A DNA stretch of 64,000 bases. Source: Promethearchaeota archaeon (GTDB lineage: Archaea > Asgardarchaeota > Lokiarchaeia > Sigyniarchaeales > SOKP01). The DNA is taken from contig JAEOUA010000012.1 of NCBI GenBank assembly GCA_016839555.1, positions 256,001 through 320,000 on the forward strand. The letters run 5' to 3'. The position numbers were made by a program, and so were the translations under genes. The notes beneath the pieces are model-generated. The model saw only the letters and a program-made list of their open reading frames with translations, had not been told where the DNA came from and made no database searches. Positions 48,746-59,797 of this stretch are shown here, piece after piece (positions within the stretch are counted from its first letter, which is position 1; each line of letters opens with the position of its first letter).

Positions 48746-50998
48746 ATGGTTAAAGTAAAGAATCCTGAAACAATTGCACATCTGATAACTAAAGGTTCTT
48801 ATGAGAAAAAGCGTATCTTTTCAATTGTGGCACATATAGATCATGGAAAAACAACTGCTACCGACTATTTAATGAGAAGGGCTGGATTAATGAGAGAAGA
48901 GGATGCTGGTCAATTGCAGATGACTGACTCAGATGAGGAAGAGCAAGCTAGAGGTATAACTATCTTTACATCTGTAGTTTTATTATCTTTTGACGATTCT
49001 AGACAACCTGATGACGAAGAGGAATACATTTTCCAAATTAATGATACTCCTGGTCATATTTCTTTTACAGGAGAAGTCTCCAGAGCTTTAAGAGGTTCTG
49101 ATGGATGTATTATTCTCGTTGATGCACTGGAGGGAATTATGACACAAACAGAAACAAACATTCATTTAGCCGTCGGTAATGAATTATGTAAACCTGTGTT
49201 ATTTATTAATAAAGTCGATAGATTAATTAGTGAGCTGAAGCTCAGTCCCGAAGAGACATATAAAAAAATTGATGATATTACTCGAGAAGTAAATGATCTC
49301 ATAAAGAAGGCTCGACCAGATTGGTCTGAATGGTCAATAGATTTTGCGAATAATTCTGTAGCTGTTGGGTCCGCAAAACATGGATGGGGATTTACCTACG
49401 AAATCTTAAAAGAAAAGGGGTTTACTCCAATAACAGTATTTGAAAAATATAATGAAGGAGATATCCCTTTTTTGCGAAAAAACTTGCCTTTAGATGAACC
49501 TATCCTTAGAATGGTCGTGGACCACCTTCCAGATCCAATAACTGCTGCGAAATATAGAATCCCCCATATTTGGTCAGGAGATCTTGATTCTGAATTAGGA
49601 AAAGCCTTAGTAAAATGCGATCCAAAGGGACCATTAACTGGTATGATAACAAAAATATTCTTAGATCCTAAGCAAAATTATCGGCCAACCCTCATTGGAC
49701 GAGTTTTTTCGGGCACGCTGGACGAGTCAGATTCAATTTATTTAGTTAACCAGCGAAAATCTCATAGAATTAAACGGTTAGGGGTAATGGAAATCACAGA
49801 TATTTTAGATATAAATCGAATACCCGCAGGAAATCTTTTTGCCCTTTATGGATTTATATGTCCTTCTGGAGAATCTTTTATTGCTGCTGATAGAGCACCT
49901 TCAGATAGGGAGAGTGCCGCAAAAATCCCTTCTTTTGAAAGAATAAGCTATGCATGTGAAGCAGTAGTATCAAGAAGCATAAAACCTATAGATCCTCAAG
50001 ATTTAGCCAAATTAGGGGAAGTAGTGGAAAAATGGTTAATGGCAGACCCAACTGCGGAGTTTAGATTAGATAAAGAGAGCAAAGAATATATCTTATCTGG
50101 AATAGATCCTCTTCAAATTGACATTTTGACAAAAAGAATTAATAATCAAGTACCAATAGATATTGGGGAGCCAATTATAGTCTACAGAGAGAGAATCAAT
50201 AAAAAAAGTAAAACTTTTCATACTAAATCTAGCAATGCACATAACCGAATAGAGCTATACATAGAACCTTTAGATGAAAAAACGCTTGAATTATTAGAAG
50301 CTGGAAGGATCACCGATCTTATGAATGAAAGTGCCCGAGCCGAGATCCTCAGAGAGGAAGCTGGTTGGGATTCAAAAGAAGCTAAAAGAGTAGTTGATGT
50401 CTATAAAGGGAATGTGCTTGTCAATGCCACCAAAGGATTGCAAAGATTTTCACGAGTAAGATCATATTTAACAGCTGCATTTCGAGATTGGGTGGAAGCA
50501 TGTATCTTAGCAAAAGAACCAGCAATGGGCATTAAAGTATTATTTACAGATATGACAATCCATGAGGATCCTGCCCATACCGGTTATAATCAAATTGCAG
50601 GCATGACATTTGCTGCCCTTTCCCTTTCAATGATAACTGCCGAACCACATATCTATGAACCAGTTCAAAAGATAGATATAAAAACACCCCGAGGAACAGA
50701 ATCTGGAGTACTTACTATCATCAATCAGCACCGTGGTAGAATTAATAACGTCAACCCGCAAAATGAATATGTCTTGATCGACGCGGAACTGCCTGCCGCA
50801 GAAATTATTGGAATTGCAGATGAAATTCGTTCAAGCACACAAGGCAAAGCCTTTTTCGGTTATGAGTTTTCTGGATTCGAGCAAGTACCCAGAAATCTTG
50901 AAAAGGATCTTATCCTAGACATTCGTAAACGGAAAAATATGAAAGTAGAAATGCCAGATATGAGTTCTTGGGAAAGATTTATATATAAAAGAAGTTAG
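48746..50998 (+). CDS. translation elongation factor 2 family GTPase (aEF-2 or its Asgard paralog)
   Basis: AHIDHGKTT, RGITI, DTPGH, NKVD, KS.N.HNR, HEDPAHTG. Confidence 0.93.
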   Translation: MVKVKNPETIAHLITKGSYEKKRIFSIVAHIDHGKTTATDYLMRRAGLMREEDAGQLQMTDSDEEEQARGITIFTSVVLLSFDDSRQPDDEEEYIFQINDTPGHISFTGEVSRALRGSDGCIILVDALEGIMTQTETNIHLAVGNELCKPVLFINKVDRLISELKLSPEETYKKIDDITREVNDLIKKARPDWSEWSIDFANNSVAVGSAKHGWGFTYEILKEKGFTPITVFEKYNEGDIPFLRKNLPLDEPILRMVVDHLPDPITAAKYRIPHIWSGDLDSELGKALVKCDPKGPLTGMITKIFLDPKQNYRPTLIGRVFSGTLDESDSIYLVNQRKSHRIKRLGVMEITDILDINRIPAGNLFALYGFICPSGESFIAADRAPSDRESAAKIPSFERISYACEAVVSRSIKPIDPQDLAKLGEVVEKWLMADPTAEFRLDKESKEYILSGIDPLQIDILTKRINNQVPIDIGEPIIVYRERINKKSKTFHTKSSNAHNRIELYIEPLDEKTLELLEAGRITDLMNESARAEILREEAGWDSKEAKRVVDVYKGNVLVNATKGLQRFSRVRSYLTAAFRDWVEACILAKEPAMGIKVLFTDMTIHEDPAHTGYNQIAGMTFAALSLSMITAEPHIYEPVQKIDIKTPRGTESGVLTIINQHRGRINNVNPQNEYVLIDAELPAAEIIGIADEIRSSTQGKAFFGYEFSGFEQVPRNLEKDLILDIRKRKNMKVEMPDMSSWERFIYKRS

Positions 50999-51203
50999 GA
51001 ACATCATTTTTATAAGTTCCTTACCTTTTAATTTTCTATTTTAAATAAATTATAAAATCCAGAAAAAGCTTTATTTTCTAAGAATTTTTATTCTCATTTT
51101 TTTCTTTTTTATTAACATTATATTTAAGTTATCATGTTTTTTTCAATTCTATACTAAGCATTCATAATAATTATTGAATAATATTTTCAATTGGGTAAAA
51201 TTC

Positions 51204-52700
51204 ATGATAAAAAGTATAAATCCTGCTACTCTTGAATTGATCGGGGAAGTAGAAGAAACTCCCATTGAAAAGATTAATGAAATCTTTGAAAACTCCAAAA
51301 AAGCTCAGAAAATATGGGCAAAAGTACCTTTAAAACAAAGAGCGAGAAGAATTGCAGAAGTAAATAAAATTATTTCTAATCAATTCAATGAAATTTCTCT
51401 TTTAATATCAGAAGAGGTTGGGAAACCTCCATCTGAAGCCTTTGTGAATGAAGTATATAGTGTTATGGACTCAACCTTTCATTATTATTCTACAGTACAA
51501 GAATTTTTAGGAAAAACAAAAGAAATTCCTTTGAAATTCTACGAATCTTTGAAAAAAAAAAGTATTTTACTCCGCAAACCTCTTGGAGTTGTTTGTGTTA
51601 TAGGCCCCTATAACTATCCATTTACAATCCCATTCCAACAAATTGTACAAAGTTTAATGGCTGGGAATAGCGTAATATTTAAACCTTCATCAGAAACGGT
51701 TCTTGTTGGAAAAAAAATTCAAGAGATCTTTGATCAAATAGACATTCCCAAAAATCTTGTTCAAACAGTTTTCGGAAGTGGTTCCAAATTGGGAAATCCT
51801 CTTATTGATAATGCTCAAAAAATATTATTCACTGGTTCGACAGCTACAGGAAAAAGAATAATGCAAAGAGCTGCCAGAACGTTAACTGAAGTGAACTTAG
51901 AACTTGGGGGTAAGTCAGCAATGATTGTATTTCCAGATGCGGATCTAGATAGAGCAGTTAAGGCCGCTCGCTGGGGGGTTTTTACAAATTCAGGGCAGGT
52001 ATGTTCCTCCGTAAAAAGACTATATCTTCATTCCAGTATTTATGATAATTTTTTAAATAATTTAGTTGAATTGACAAGAAAATTAAAACAAGACATACCT
52101 ACAAAGCCAAATGTTGATGTAGGAGCAATGATAAATGAAGAACAATTAGGTTTTGTAGATGAGATGGTGAAAAAAGGGATAGAAGAAGGGGCAAAAGTAT
52201 TAATTGGAGGAAAACGAAATCCGAATCTTAAAGGATATTTTTATGAACCAACCATTTTAACAGCTACTAATAATATGAAAGTTGTCCAAGAAGAAATTTT
52301 TGGACCTGTTTTGGTCGTCCTAAAATTTGATGAGGAAAAAGAGGTAATCGAAATGGTAAATAATAACCAATATGGTTTAACCTCAAGTATTTGGACAAAT
52401 AATATATCATTAGGGAAAAAAATTGCCGAGCAACTAGATACTGGTTCGGTTATGATAAATGAAGTCGTATATACATTTGCTCTTCCCTCGACACCTTGGG
52501 GTGGTATAAAGAATTCAGGAATAGGTAGATCTCATGGAAAATTAGGTTTTTATGAGGTCACACGGCCATTACATATAAATATTGATCAATATGATGAACC
52601 TGACCTTTGGTGGTTCCCATATGATAAAAATTTTGATGAAATAGTTAAGAATTTTAAAACCATTGCTTCGAGTTTAGTCCTTAAAGATTCAGAAGAATAA
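51204..52700 (+). CDS. aldehyde dehydrogenase
   Basis: SINPAT, PYNYP, FTGS, LELGGK, NSGQVC, EEIFGP; ATG at 51204 preferred. Confidence 0.95.
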   Translation: MIKSINPATLELIGEVEETPIEKINEIFENSKKAQKIWAKVPLKQRARRIAEVNKIISNQFNEISLLISEEVGKPPSEAFVNEVYSVMDSTFHYYSTVQEFLGKTKEIPLKFYESLKKKSILLRKPLGVVCVIGPYNYPFTIPFQQIVQSLMAGNSVIFKPSSETVLVGKKIQEIFDQIDIPKNLVQTVFGSGSKLGNPLIDNAQKILFTGSTATGKRIMQRAARTLTEVNLELGGKSAMIVFPDADLDRAVKAARWGVFTNSGQVCSSVKRLYLHSSIYDNFLNNLVELTRKLKQDIPTKPNVDVGAMINEEQLGFVDEMVKKGIEEGAKVLIGGKRNPNLKGYFYEPTILTATNNMKVVQEEIFGPVLVVLKFDEEKEVIEMVNNNQYGLTSSIWTNNISLGKKIAEQLDTGSVMINEVVYTFALPSTPWGGIKNSGIGRSHGKLGFYEVTRPLHINIDQYDEPDLWWFPYDKNFDEIVKNFKTIASSLVLKDSEE

Positions 52701-52717
52701 TTTTATAAATTTAAAAC

Positions 52718-55021
52718 CTATAGATTTAAGATCTTTTTTAAAATAAATAATGCTCCCTTTTTATCGAGAGGTTCATTATTATTTCCGCATTTAGGACTCA
52801 TAATACAGGCTGGACAACCATCTGATGATTTACAGCTACAAGTATTGATTAATTTAAATGTAAGAGATAAGAGATTTTCAAGATTAAAATATAATTGTTC
52901 AGAAATACCGATACCTCCCCGATAAGCATCATAGATATAAATTACTGGTTCTTGTTTAACAGGATCAAAATCGATAGAGACTCCCCCTAAATCCCATCGA
53001 GAAATTTGCGCTAAAGCAGGAGCCATTGCTATTGCCGCATGCTCTATGGCGTGAATGGATCCACCTAAATTGTATCCCTCCATTTCTAATGCTTTTTGAA
53101 TCTCGTATGGAATATAAAACCAGCAAGCTTGAGTTTCATATTCGATGATTGGAATATCATCTAATGGAAAACGAGCCCTCGTCTCTTGAGTGAGAGTATC
53201 AATCTCTTTATAGGTATAATACTGATGCTCCACTTTTACATTACCAAATTGAGCTTCAATATTTCTATTAGGACCTGTTTTATTATTAAATAAAATTTCG
53301 AGAGAAGCAATATCTGTATGTTTTAATGATTGAGTATAATAATCAACATCCGCTTTTGAGATATAAACGCTTCTATCTTCCAGATCAAGCTCTTGGACTA
53401 TGTAAGTCTCAGCCTCATATAAATATATTGCTCCTGGATGCAAATCTCGAAAAACATAACTCTCATCTTCAGTTGTTAGCAAAACTTCTTTACCTGGGAT
53501 TCTTAAAATAACTTTATAGATTCGATCGGACAGATCATTCAATCCATATTTTTGATTGGGATAGAAGGTGCCTTTCCAATAATATAATTTTCCTCGCTTC
53601 ATTAAAAGCCCTTCATCGACCAATTCATTTACACATTCAATAAAAAGTTCTTTATTATTTACCCCAAATTTTTTATATTCATCAAGAGTTACAGGACTCT
53701 CTTTTGCTGCACAAGATATATGATTTTTTATAATGTATTTATTGTTTAAAGTGATAAGAATATCTTCTTGAATTGGCCCAAAGAGAATCTCTGGATTATG
53801 AATATAAAATAAATCAAGAGGATTTGCCATAGGAATGAAGGTTGCTATGGATAGTTCTTCACCGCGTCCTGATCGACCAACTTGTTGCCAGAAGCTTGAT
53901 AAAGTTCCTGGAAATCCCGAACATATAGTCGCATCTAATGAGCCAATATCAATGCCCAATTCTAATGCATTAGTAGAACTTATCCCTAAAATATTTCGAT
54001 TTTTAAAATTTTTTTCGATTAATCTTCTGGTTTTTTTACTAATTCCCGCCCTATAACTATGTATTTTATTTTTGATAGAAGGTAATGCTTCTCGAGTCCA
54101 TATAGCTTGAAGTTCTGCCATCTTTCTAGACAATGTAAAAGTTAAAGTTTGAATATTTTGTTTTAAATGACTAATGAATAAATTTTCTGTTTCCTGATGA
54201 GCAGATCGATATTTTCCTGAAGTTTCATCATAAGGAAGATCCCATAGAATTACTTTTTTCGCTCCCGAAGGAGAATTATCTTGATCAATTATAGTGAACT
54301 CTTCTCCAACTAATTTTTCAGCAAATTTTTTCGGATTATTTATTGTAGCACTAGATAAAATCCATAGTGGTTTTACACCATAATTTTCAAGCATTCTTTT
54401 TAACCGTCTAACCAAAAACGCAAAATTAGAACCAAAAATACCTCTATATATATGAATCTCATCTAAAATTATATAATTTAAATTTTCACAGATACGTCTC
54501 CATTTTCTCTTAAACCATGGGATATAAAAATGTAGACCATAAGGGTTGGTGATTATTATATTAGCCTCCGCCAAAACTTTACGTTTTTCTTCTGGCTCCA
54601 CATCTCCATCATATACTCCAACTCTTGATAGTTTAATATTGGTTTGATGCATTAAATTAGATAATATAGAATATTGGTCTCGCGCTAATGCTTTAGTTGG
54701 AAATATATATAGTGCTGTAGTCTTTGGATTTTCTAAAATTGATTGTAAGACCGATAAATTATAACATAAAGATTTCCCCGAAGCTGTAGATGTGACTATG
54801 GCGGTATTTTCACCATTCCTAATACTATTAATTGCTTCAGCTTGATGCCCCCACAATTTAATCTTATTATTATCCACCCATCTCTGGAGCCTTTTTTTAA
54901 GTGGTTTTTCAAGCTCACCATATTTAGCTTCTTTCTTTGGAATATGCTGAATATAAGAGATTTGATCCTTATAATAATCTTGTGATTTTATAGTCTCTAG
55001 AAATTTTTCGAAATTAATCAT
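52718..55021 (-). CDS. DEAD/DEAH helicase with DUF1998 zinc domain (Hrq1/SftH/MrfA-like)
   Basis: TASGKSL, DEIH, TNALELGIDIG, QQ.GRSGR, C.C...GCPAC..SPKC. Confidence 0.94.
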   Translation of the reverse strand: MINFEKFLETIKSQDYYKDQISYIQHIPKKEAKYGELEKPLKKRLQRWVDNNKIKLWGHQAEAINSIRNGENTAIVTSTASGKSLCYNLSVLQSILENPKTTALYIFPTKALARDQYSILSNLMHQTNIKLSRVGVYDGDVEPEEKRKVLAEANIIITNPYGLHFYIPWFKRKWRRICENLNYIILDEIHIYRGIFGSNFAFLVRRLKRMLENYGVKPLWILSSATINNPKKFAEKLVGEEFTIIDQDNSPSGAKKVILWDLPYDETSGKYRSAHQETENLFISHLKQNIQTLTFTLSRKMAELQAIWTREALPSIKNKIHSYRAGISKKTRRLIEKNFKNRNILGISSTNALELGIDIGSLDATICSGFPGTLSSFWQQVGRSGRGEELSIATFIPMANPLDLFYIHNPEILFGPIQEDILITLNNKYIIKNHISCAAKESPVTLDEYKKFGVNNKELFIECVNELVDEGLLMKRGKLYYWKGTFYPNQKYGLNDLSDRIYKVILRIPGKEVLLTTEDESYVFRDLHPGAIYLYEAETYIVQELDLEDRSVYISKADVDYYTQSLKHTDIASLEILFNNKTGPNRNIEAQFGNVKVEHQYYTYKEIDTLTQETRARFPLDDIPIIEYETQACWFYIPYEIQKALEMEGYNLGGSIHAIEHAAIAMAPALAQISRWDLGGVSIDFDPVKQEPVIYIYDAYRGGIGISEQLYFNLENLLSLTFKLINTCSCKSSDGCPACIMSPKCGNNNEPLDKKGALFILKKILNL

Positions 55022-55131
55022 CTATATTTTCAAGATTAAATAATTTAATATATCAATTAAAAATATCAAGACATATGATTTATTTATTTTCAGTGAATTA
55101 TAAAAATTTAAACCTAGTTAGTGAAACAATT

Positions 55132-55728
55132 ATGAGCCGAAAACATTATTTTGAAGAAAAATCGGAGATATGGGATAAGGAAGTATATCATGATCCTGAC
55201 AAATTAGTGCATATAATAAATCAATTGAAATTAAAACCAAATGATAATGTATTGGATGTTGCATCTGGTACTGGTGTTTTGATTCCATTCATCTTTGAAA
55301 AAATTAAGCTTAAAGGAAAAATTTGTGTAGTAGATTTTTCTAAACAAATGATTTCAATATCTAAAAAAAAACACCCCAAAAACAAATATCCCAATTTAGA
55401 ATTTAAAATTCAAGATATAATGGAAATAAATTTGAAACCAAAATACGATGCAATCATTTGCTATTCTTGTTTTCCTCATTTTCCAAATAAGGCTAAACTA
55501 TTAAAGCATTTATATAAAGGATTAAAATTAGGTGGAAGATTAATTATTGCCCACTCTGAATCCCGAGAAAAGATTAATAAACATCATAAAAAACTAAAGG
55601 ATTCAGTAGTAGTTCATGATATGCTTCCTCCTATGAGTAAAATTAAAAATATGATGGAAAAAGTAGGATTAAAAATTGGAAAAACTAAAGATGATGAAGA
55701 GATGTTTTATGTTATTGGTATCAGATAA
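55132..55728 (+). CDS. class I SAM-dependent methyltransferase
   Basis: VLDVASGTG, VDFS..M, FPHF; start at 55132 or 55075. Confidence 0.9.
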   Translation: MSRKHYFEEKSEIWDKEVYHDPDKLVHIINQLKLKPNDNVLDVASGTGVLIPFIFEKIKLKGKICVVDFSKQMISISKKKHPKNKYPNLEFKIQDIMEINLKPKYDAIICYSCFPHFPNKAKLLKHLYKGLKLGGRLIIAHSESREKINKHHKKLKDSVVVHDMLPPMSKIKNMMEKVGLKIGKTKDDEEMFYVIGIR

Positions 55729-56008
55729 TAATTTTTTAATAGTATTTATAAAAAGATGTAATTTTATTAAGGGTATCAAAATCTATATCTTATTTTCAAG
55801 AAAAAATATAAAAAATCTAGGAAAAAATTCGGCTTAGGGTTTATGATTCTAAAATTAATAATTTAACTCAATATTATTTAACAAAATTAACGAGAAATGT
55901 AGGAGAGCAATAAAAATGAATAGTTGAATCTTAAAAACAAAAACTCTACCTTTAAATTAGTATTCGTCGTTGAGTTTTCATTTTATGTGAATGAAAATGT
56001 ATTAATAC

Positions 56009-56908
56009 TTACACGGTTTTTTTTAAATAATCCCAAAATTGTTGTTTCATCTTAGATAATTTCTTATCCTTCATTTTTAGAAAATAAATATCCCGTTTTG
56101 CTATTATAGGATATTTTTCTAATTGGATGGTTTTAATTAACCCTGCATCTTCAGCTTTTTTTGCTATCGCTTCACTTAAGACAGAAATATAATCAGATTC
56201 ACTGACAGCCGAAATAATGGAGTCATTATCATTTATTACTAATCTATAATTCAATTCAGAAGATTTAGGGAATTGTTGTTCAAAAATATCTCGGGTCCCT
56301 GAACCTTCTTCTCGTGATATAAAAGGATATTTTTTAAGCTCCACAAATTTAACATTCTTAACATTATTTTTGATTAAAATATGATCAGGAGAGCAAATAA
56401 AATACATTTTATCTTCTCCTATTTTAATATAATCAAAATCGTCTTTATCATTTTCCATAAAACTTCCCACTCCAGCAAAATCAGTCATATTTTTTTTTAA
56501 TAAATTAATAGATTTTTGAGAATTATTTATCAATGTTTCAAAACTTATTTGAGGATTAAGGCTCTTAAATTCGGTAATAAATTTTGGTAATATCTGAGAA
56601 CCTGGAAGCTTTGAAGTCGTTATAGTCATGATTTCTTTGATATTTTTACCCAAACTATGGATTTTTTGGATGCATTCATCATATAATTCAATAATTTTTT
56701 GAGCATACTCTAAAAACGCTTTTCCTTGCTCAGTTAGCTCAAAAGTTTTAGTAGTTCGATAAATTAATTTTACATTTCCTAATTCTTCCTCTAATTGGGA
56801 TATTCTATGAGATAATGTACTTTGGGAAATTGATAAATCATTAGCTAAAGCAGAAAAGCTTTTATATTGAGTTAATTGTATAAAATTTCTAATATATTCA
56901 ATATTCAT
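56009..56908 (-). CDS. LysR-type transcriptional regulator (CysL-like)
   Basis: SFS..A..L.ISQSTLS..I.QLEEELG HTH, REEGSGTR. Confidence 0.93.
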   Translation of the reverse strand: MNIEYIRNFIQLTQYKSFSALANDLSISQSTLSHRISQLEEELGNVKLIYRTTKTFELTEQGKAFLEYAQKIIELYDECIQKIHSLGKNIKEIMTITTSKLPGSQILPKFITEFKSLNPQISFETLINNSQKSINLLKKNMTDFAGVGSFMENDKDDFDYIKIGEDKMYFICSPDHILIKNNVKNVKFVELKKYPFISREEGSGTRDIFEQQFPKSSELNYRLVINDNDSIISAVSESDYISVLSEAIAKKAEDAGLIKTIQLEKYPIIAKRDIYFLKMKDKKLSKMKQQFWDYLKKTV

Positions 56909-56988
56909 TCTTAACTATTACTATATTTTAAATTAAATTTATTCTTTATTACCTTATAATACTAATTCCTTTTTTTTGTGAAGTTTTC

Positions 56989-58359
56989 TTATCCTAATCC
57001 GAGTAAAGATAGGATCATAATTAATATCCCACAAAAGATTGCTAGAAATACAGCCCAATAAGGTTTTGGTTTAAGTTCTGGAGCAGTATCTTTCATTTCA
57101 AGATAGGATATTATTATAGGAAAAATAAATATTAAGCCGAGTATGGGACCAGTGAGCATGCTAGCTATAGAAAATAGCCACATAGGTCTTCCTATGAATA
57201 AAATAAAAATCGACGGAAGTATAGTAAAAAATATTAAACAAATTCTGTAAATTGTTGTTCTTTTAATATTAAATCGTTTATAAAAACCTAATCGCTCAAA
57301 ACTCTCTTCATAAAGTCTTGAAAATCCATAAAGTGGCCCTAATATTGAACTAAATAATGCCATCGTACCACAAAGAATAAATAATAATCCTGACCATTCT
57401 CCATAGATCTCAGTAAAAATAGATACCATTTGGGGAATTAAATCCCACCCTACGGGCTTTACTATGTTATAATATAGGGTCTGTGCTGCAGCAATCCAAA
57501 TCATGATTGAAAATACTGTTAAAATCGTAGCAGAAACAAGATTTTGATAGAAAATGACTTTTTTCCAACCTTTTAATCTAATTCGTTCCTCTTGAGTAAG
57601 CTCTTCAGGATTAATCATTTCACCTTCTGGAAGCTCAAACATTCCCATTTTTTTATCTTTTGCAAACCAAATATATGAAACAGTTGGACCGAAGCCAGAA
57701 CCTAGCACTACGAAGAGAACTGCTATAGTTTCAATATTTGAAGTTGTTTCAAGTCCTTCTATTGGACCTGGCAGAGCGGGGGTAAATCCAATAATCCATT
57801 CCTCCAATGAGGGCCAAAACAATAATCCCACTATTGTTATCAAAATTAAAAAAATCCATAATAAAATACTAGATATTTTTTCAAGTAACTTATAACTTCT
57901 GGTAAATACAATTATGAATCCTATTCCTATAATTATTAAAATCCATATATTAATTGGTAAAGGAATTAAAAAATTAAGGGTACCTGCTGTTTGCCCTAAT
58001 AAACCGGATAATAACATTGAATGAAACAAGCACCCTATCATAAGACAAAAAAACATCCATCTGAGCCATTTTTTATCCCAAGAAGTTTGTAGAAATGTTT
58101 TACCACGAATAACGCCATACTGGACTAAAAAAAACTGTCCAAAAATCTTTATAAAGGCGATAATTGGTATAAGATATAATCCTCTCATCCCTAAATAAGC
58201 CCCTAATAATGGAACAGTAATAAATTCTCCACCACCTATCTGTGTGGCTGTAAATACAAAGGCTGGACCCAGCCATTTTATAAACTCCCTAAAATTAAGA
58301 GGAGGCTGCGAAATTCTTGATTTATCTATATTATCTCTATTAAAGCGGGAAGTTTGCAT
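56989..58359 (-). CDS. NRAMP-like (APC superfamily) transporter
   Basis: LGPA.V..AT.IGGGE N-terminal motif, ~11 TM helices. Confidence 0.8.
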   Translation of the reverse strand: MQTSRFNRDNIDKSRISQPPLNFREFIKWLGPAFVFTATQIGGGEFITVPLLGAYLGMRGLYLIPIIAFIKIFGQFFLVQYGVIRGKTFLQTSWDKKWLRWMFFCLMIGCLFHSMLLSGLLGQTAGTLNFLIPLPINIWILIIIGIGFIIVFTRSYKLLEKISSILLWIFLILITIVGLLFWPSLEEWIIGFTPALPGPIEGLETTSNIETIAVLFVVLGSGFGPTVSYIWFAKDKKMGMFELPEGEMINPEELTQEERIRLKGWKKVIFYQNLVSATILTVFSIMIWIAAAQTLYYNIVKPVGWDLIPQMVSIFTEIYGEWSGLLFILCGTMALFSSILGPLYGFSRLYEESFERLGFYKRFNIKRTTIYRICLIFFTILPSIFILFIGRPMWLFSIASMLTGPILGLIFIFPIIISYLEMKDTAPELKPKPYWAVFLAIFCGILIMILSLLGLG

Positions 58360-58474
58360 TATTAATTTAGATTAGAATTAATATTTATTAAAGATAATCA
58401 TTTTGATATCAAATCTTTATAACATTTTAATTAAAAAAGAAAAGAAAAAAGTAATTATTTTAATGGACAGAATA

Positions 58475-59680
58475 TTACTGGTGGAGCTGCCCGCTCACCC
58501 AATCGTAGTAAGCCATGTCCTCGAGTGCTTTTGGCATTTCTTTATAGAAATCGGCTATTACTTCTTTAAATGTTGAAGCAGAAATTGGATGGAACATCAT
58601 TGCTAAATCAAGCCCTACTAGCGTTAAGCATAAGGCATTCAAAATCTCCCAAATTGGACCTCTGTATTTTCTTGCACCCCATAGACCGCCTGATCGTTCC
58701 TCGCTCATCCATGCTTCTCGAGCACCCCAAGCGTTTGTTGTACCACCGCTTATTGGATAAGCTAAATCTTCTTCACCTAAAAGCCCAGCCATTCTCATTC
58801 TCTGATAGATAGAGAAACTATATTCTAAACCATATCCGAGAGTAGCGCATGTAGGATCCATTACAATTCTGTTTCGTGGTAATCCCAGTTCTAATGCGTC
58901 TTTATTCATCTTAATTTGATTATTCAAATCCAAAGAAGTCCATAATAAGCAGTTGTGATCATATTTTACAGCGAGAGGGATGACATCCTCCCATGTACCT
59001 TTATCTGCCGCAGAAAGGAGCAATACTTCATCCTGAGATACCTCAGAAAGTACTTTAAACATTTCTATATCCTTCTTTTTATTTCCTGAGCAACCTATAA
59101 GAATTGGGACATCAACTGCTTGAAGAATATCCTCAAAAATTTCTCTCGATTTTGAAACGGGCCAATCTAGAGTTCCAGGATCAATACCGAGTGAATGAAA
59201 TGTGATACATTCAGCTCCAAATTTTTTAACGGCAAATTTTGCCCATTCTGGTGGGTCCCCTAATACTTCTTTATACTCGTTTTTAATTGGTTTTGGAAGA
59301 TGCATCTTATCTCCCATATCAAATACATCATAAGTAACTAGAGGAGGATGAGGGTTTTGCTTTTCTAATCCCAAGAAATTATAGAAGGGAGGAACGGTTT
59401 CTCCTCCAATGGTACAAGTTTTTCCATTTGATCGAATAAATTGAATTTCTTGTATTTCTCCGGGATAGTCAGCTTTGACAGAAAATTTGGTTGGAGTCCA
59501 TTCTGCTTTTCCTAACTTACCTGGAGCAGGTAAACCTGCCGCCCGAGCAGCACCAGCCACAATAGTAGGCAGCATTTGAAATTCTAAATACTCAGCAAAC
59601 AAATCTACGTCTTGTAATTCCAGCTCATCCGTGTCTTTCATGAATTTAGCTAACTTTTTACTTAACTCTTCGAACGACAT
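58475..59680 (-). CDS. cdhD: acetyl-CoA decarbonylase/synthase delta subunit (corrinoid Fe-S protein small subunit)
   Basis: IGGE..PPFY, DVFD, AVDVP..IG.SG, IVMDPT...LGYGLEYS, NAWGAREAW. Confidence 0.95.
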   Translation of the reverse strand: MSFEELSKKLAKFMKDTDELELQDVDLFAEYLEFQMLPTIVAGAARAAGLPAPGKLGKAEWTPTKFSVKADYPGEIQEIQFIRSNGKTCTIGGETVPPFYNFLGLEKQNPHPPLVTYDVFDMGDKMHLPKPIKNEYKEVLGDPPEWAKFAVKKFGAECITFHSLGIDPGTLDWPVSKSREIFEDILQAVDVPILIGCSGNKKKDIEMFKVLSEVSQDEVLLLSAADKGTWEDVIPLAVKYDHNCLLWTSLDLNNQIKMNKDALELGLPRNRIVMDPTCATLGYGLEYSFSIYQRMRMAGLLGEEDLAYPISGGTTNAWGAREAWMSEERSGGLWGARKYRGPIWEILNALCLTLVGLDLAMMFHPISASTFKEVIADFYKEMPKALEDMAYYDWVSGQLHQ

Positions 59681-59757
59681 TTTAATATCACTTTTAATTC
59701 TTTAATTAAAAATACAAACTCTATAGGATTGAAAATTGTATATAATATTAAAAATTG

Positions 59758-59797
59758 ACTAATGAAGACTGATCATAGGATAGAGGATTTCATTAGT
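59758..59797 (-). promoter_or_regulatory. inverted repeat in the putative cdhD 5' leader
   Basis: ACTAATGAA (59758-66)/TTCATTAGT (59789-97), downstream of a TATA-like TTTATATT on the minus strand (~59824-31). Confidence 0.45.

Noticed and set aside
55938-55980. AAAACTC...GAGTTTT inverted repeat between the convergent methyltransferase and LysR genes
   Set aside because: Short and AT-rich with a long loop; plausibly chance or a simple terminator
3001-58812. Short track ORFs overlapping real genes (e.g. 3001-3186, 7517-7705, 10364-10576, 11233-11427, 12631-12852, 13999-14238, 15106-15405, 17507-17695, 18303-18500, 25875-26072, 26487-26669, 33721-33903, 34256-34438, 34820-35029, 39948-40247, 42301-42633, 42669-42968, 43655-43879, 45459-46668, 47643-47840, 53326-54056, 58570-58812)
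   Set aside because: Antisense or off-frame shadows of well-supported genes, with no motifs
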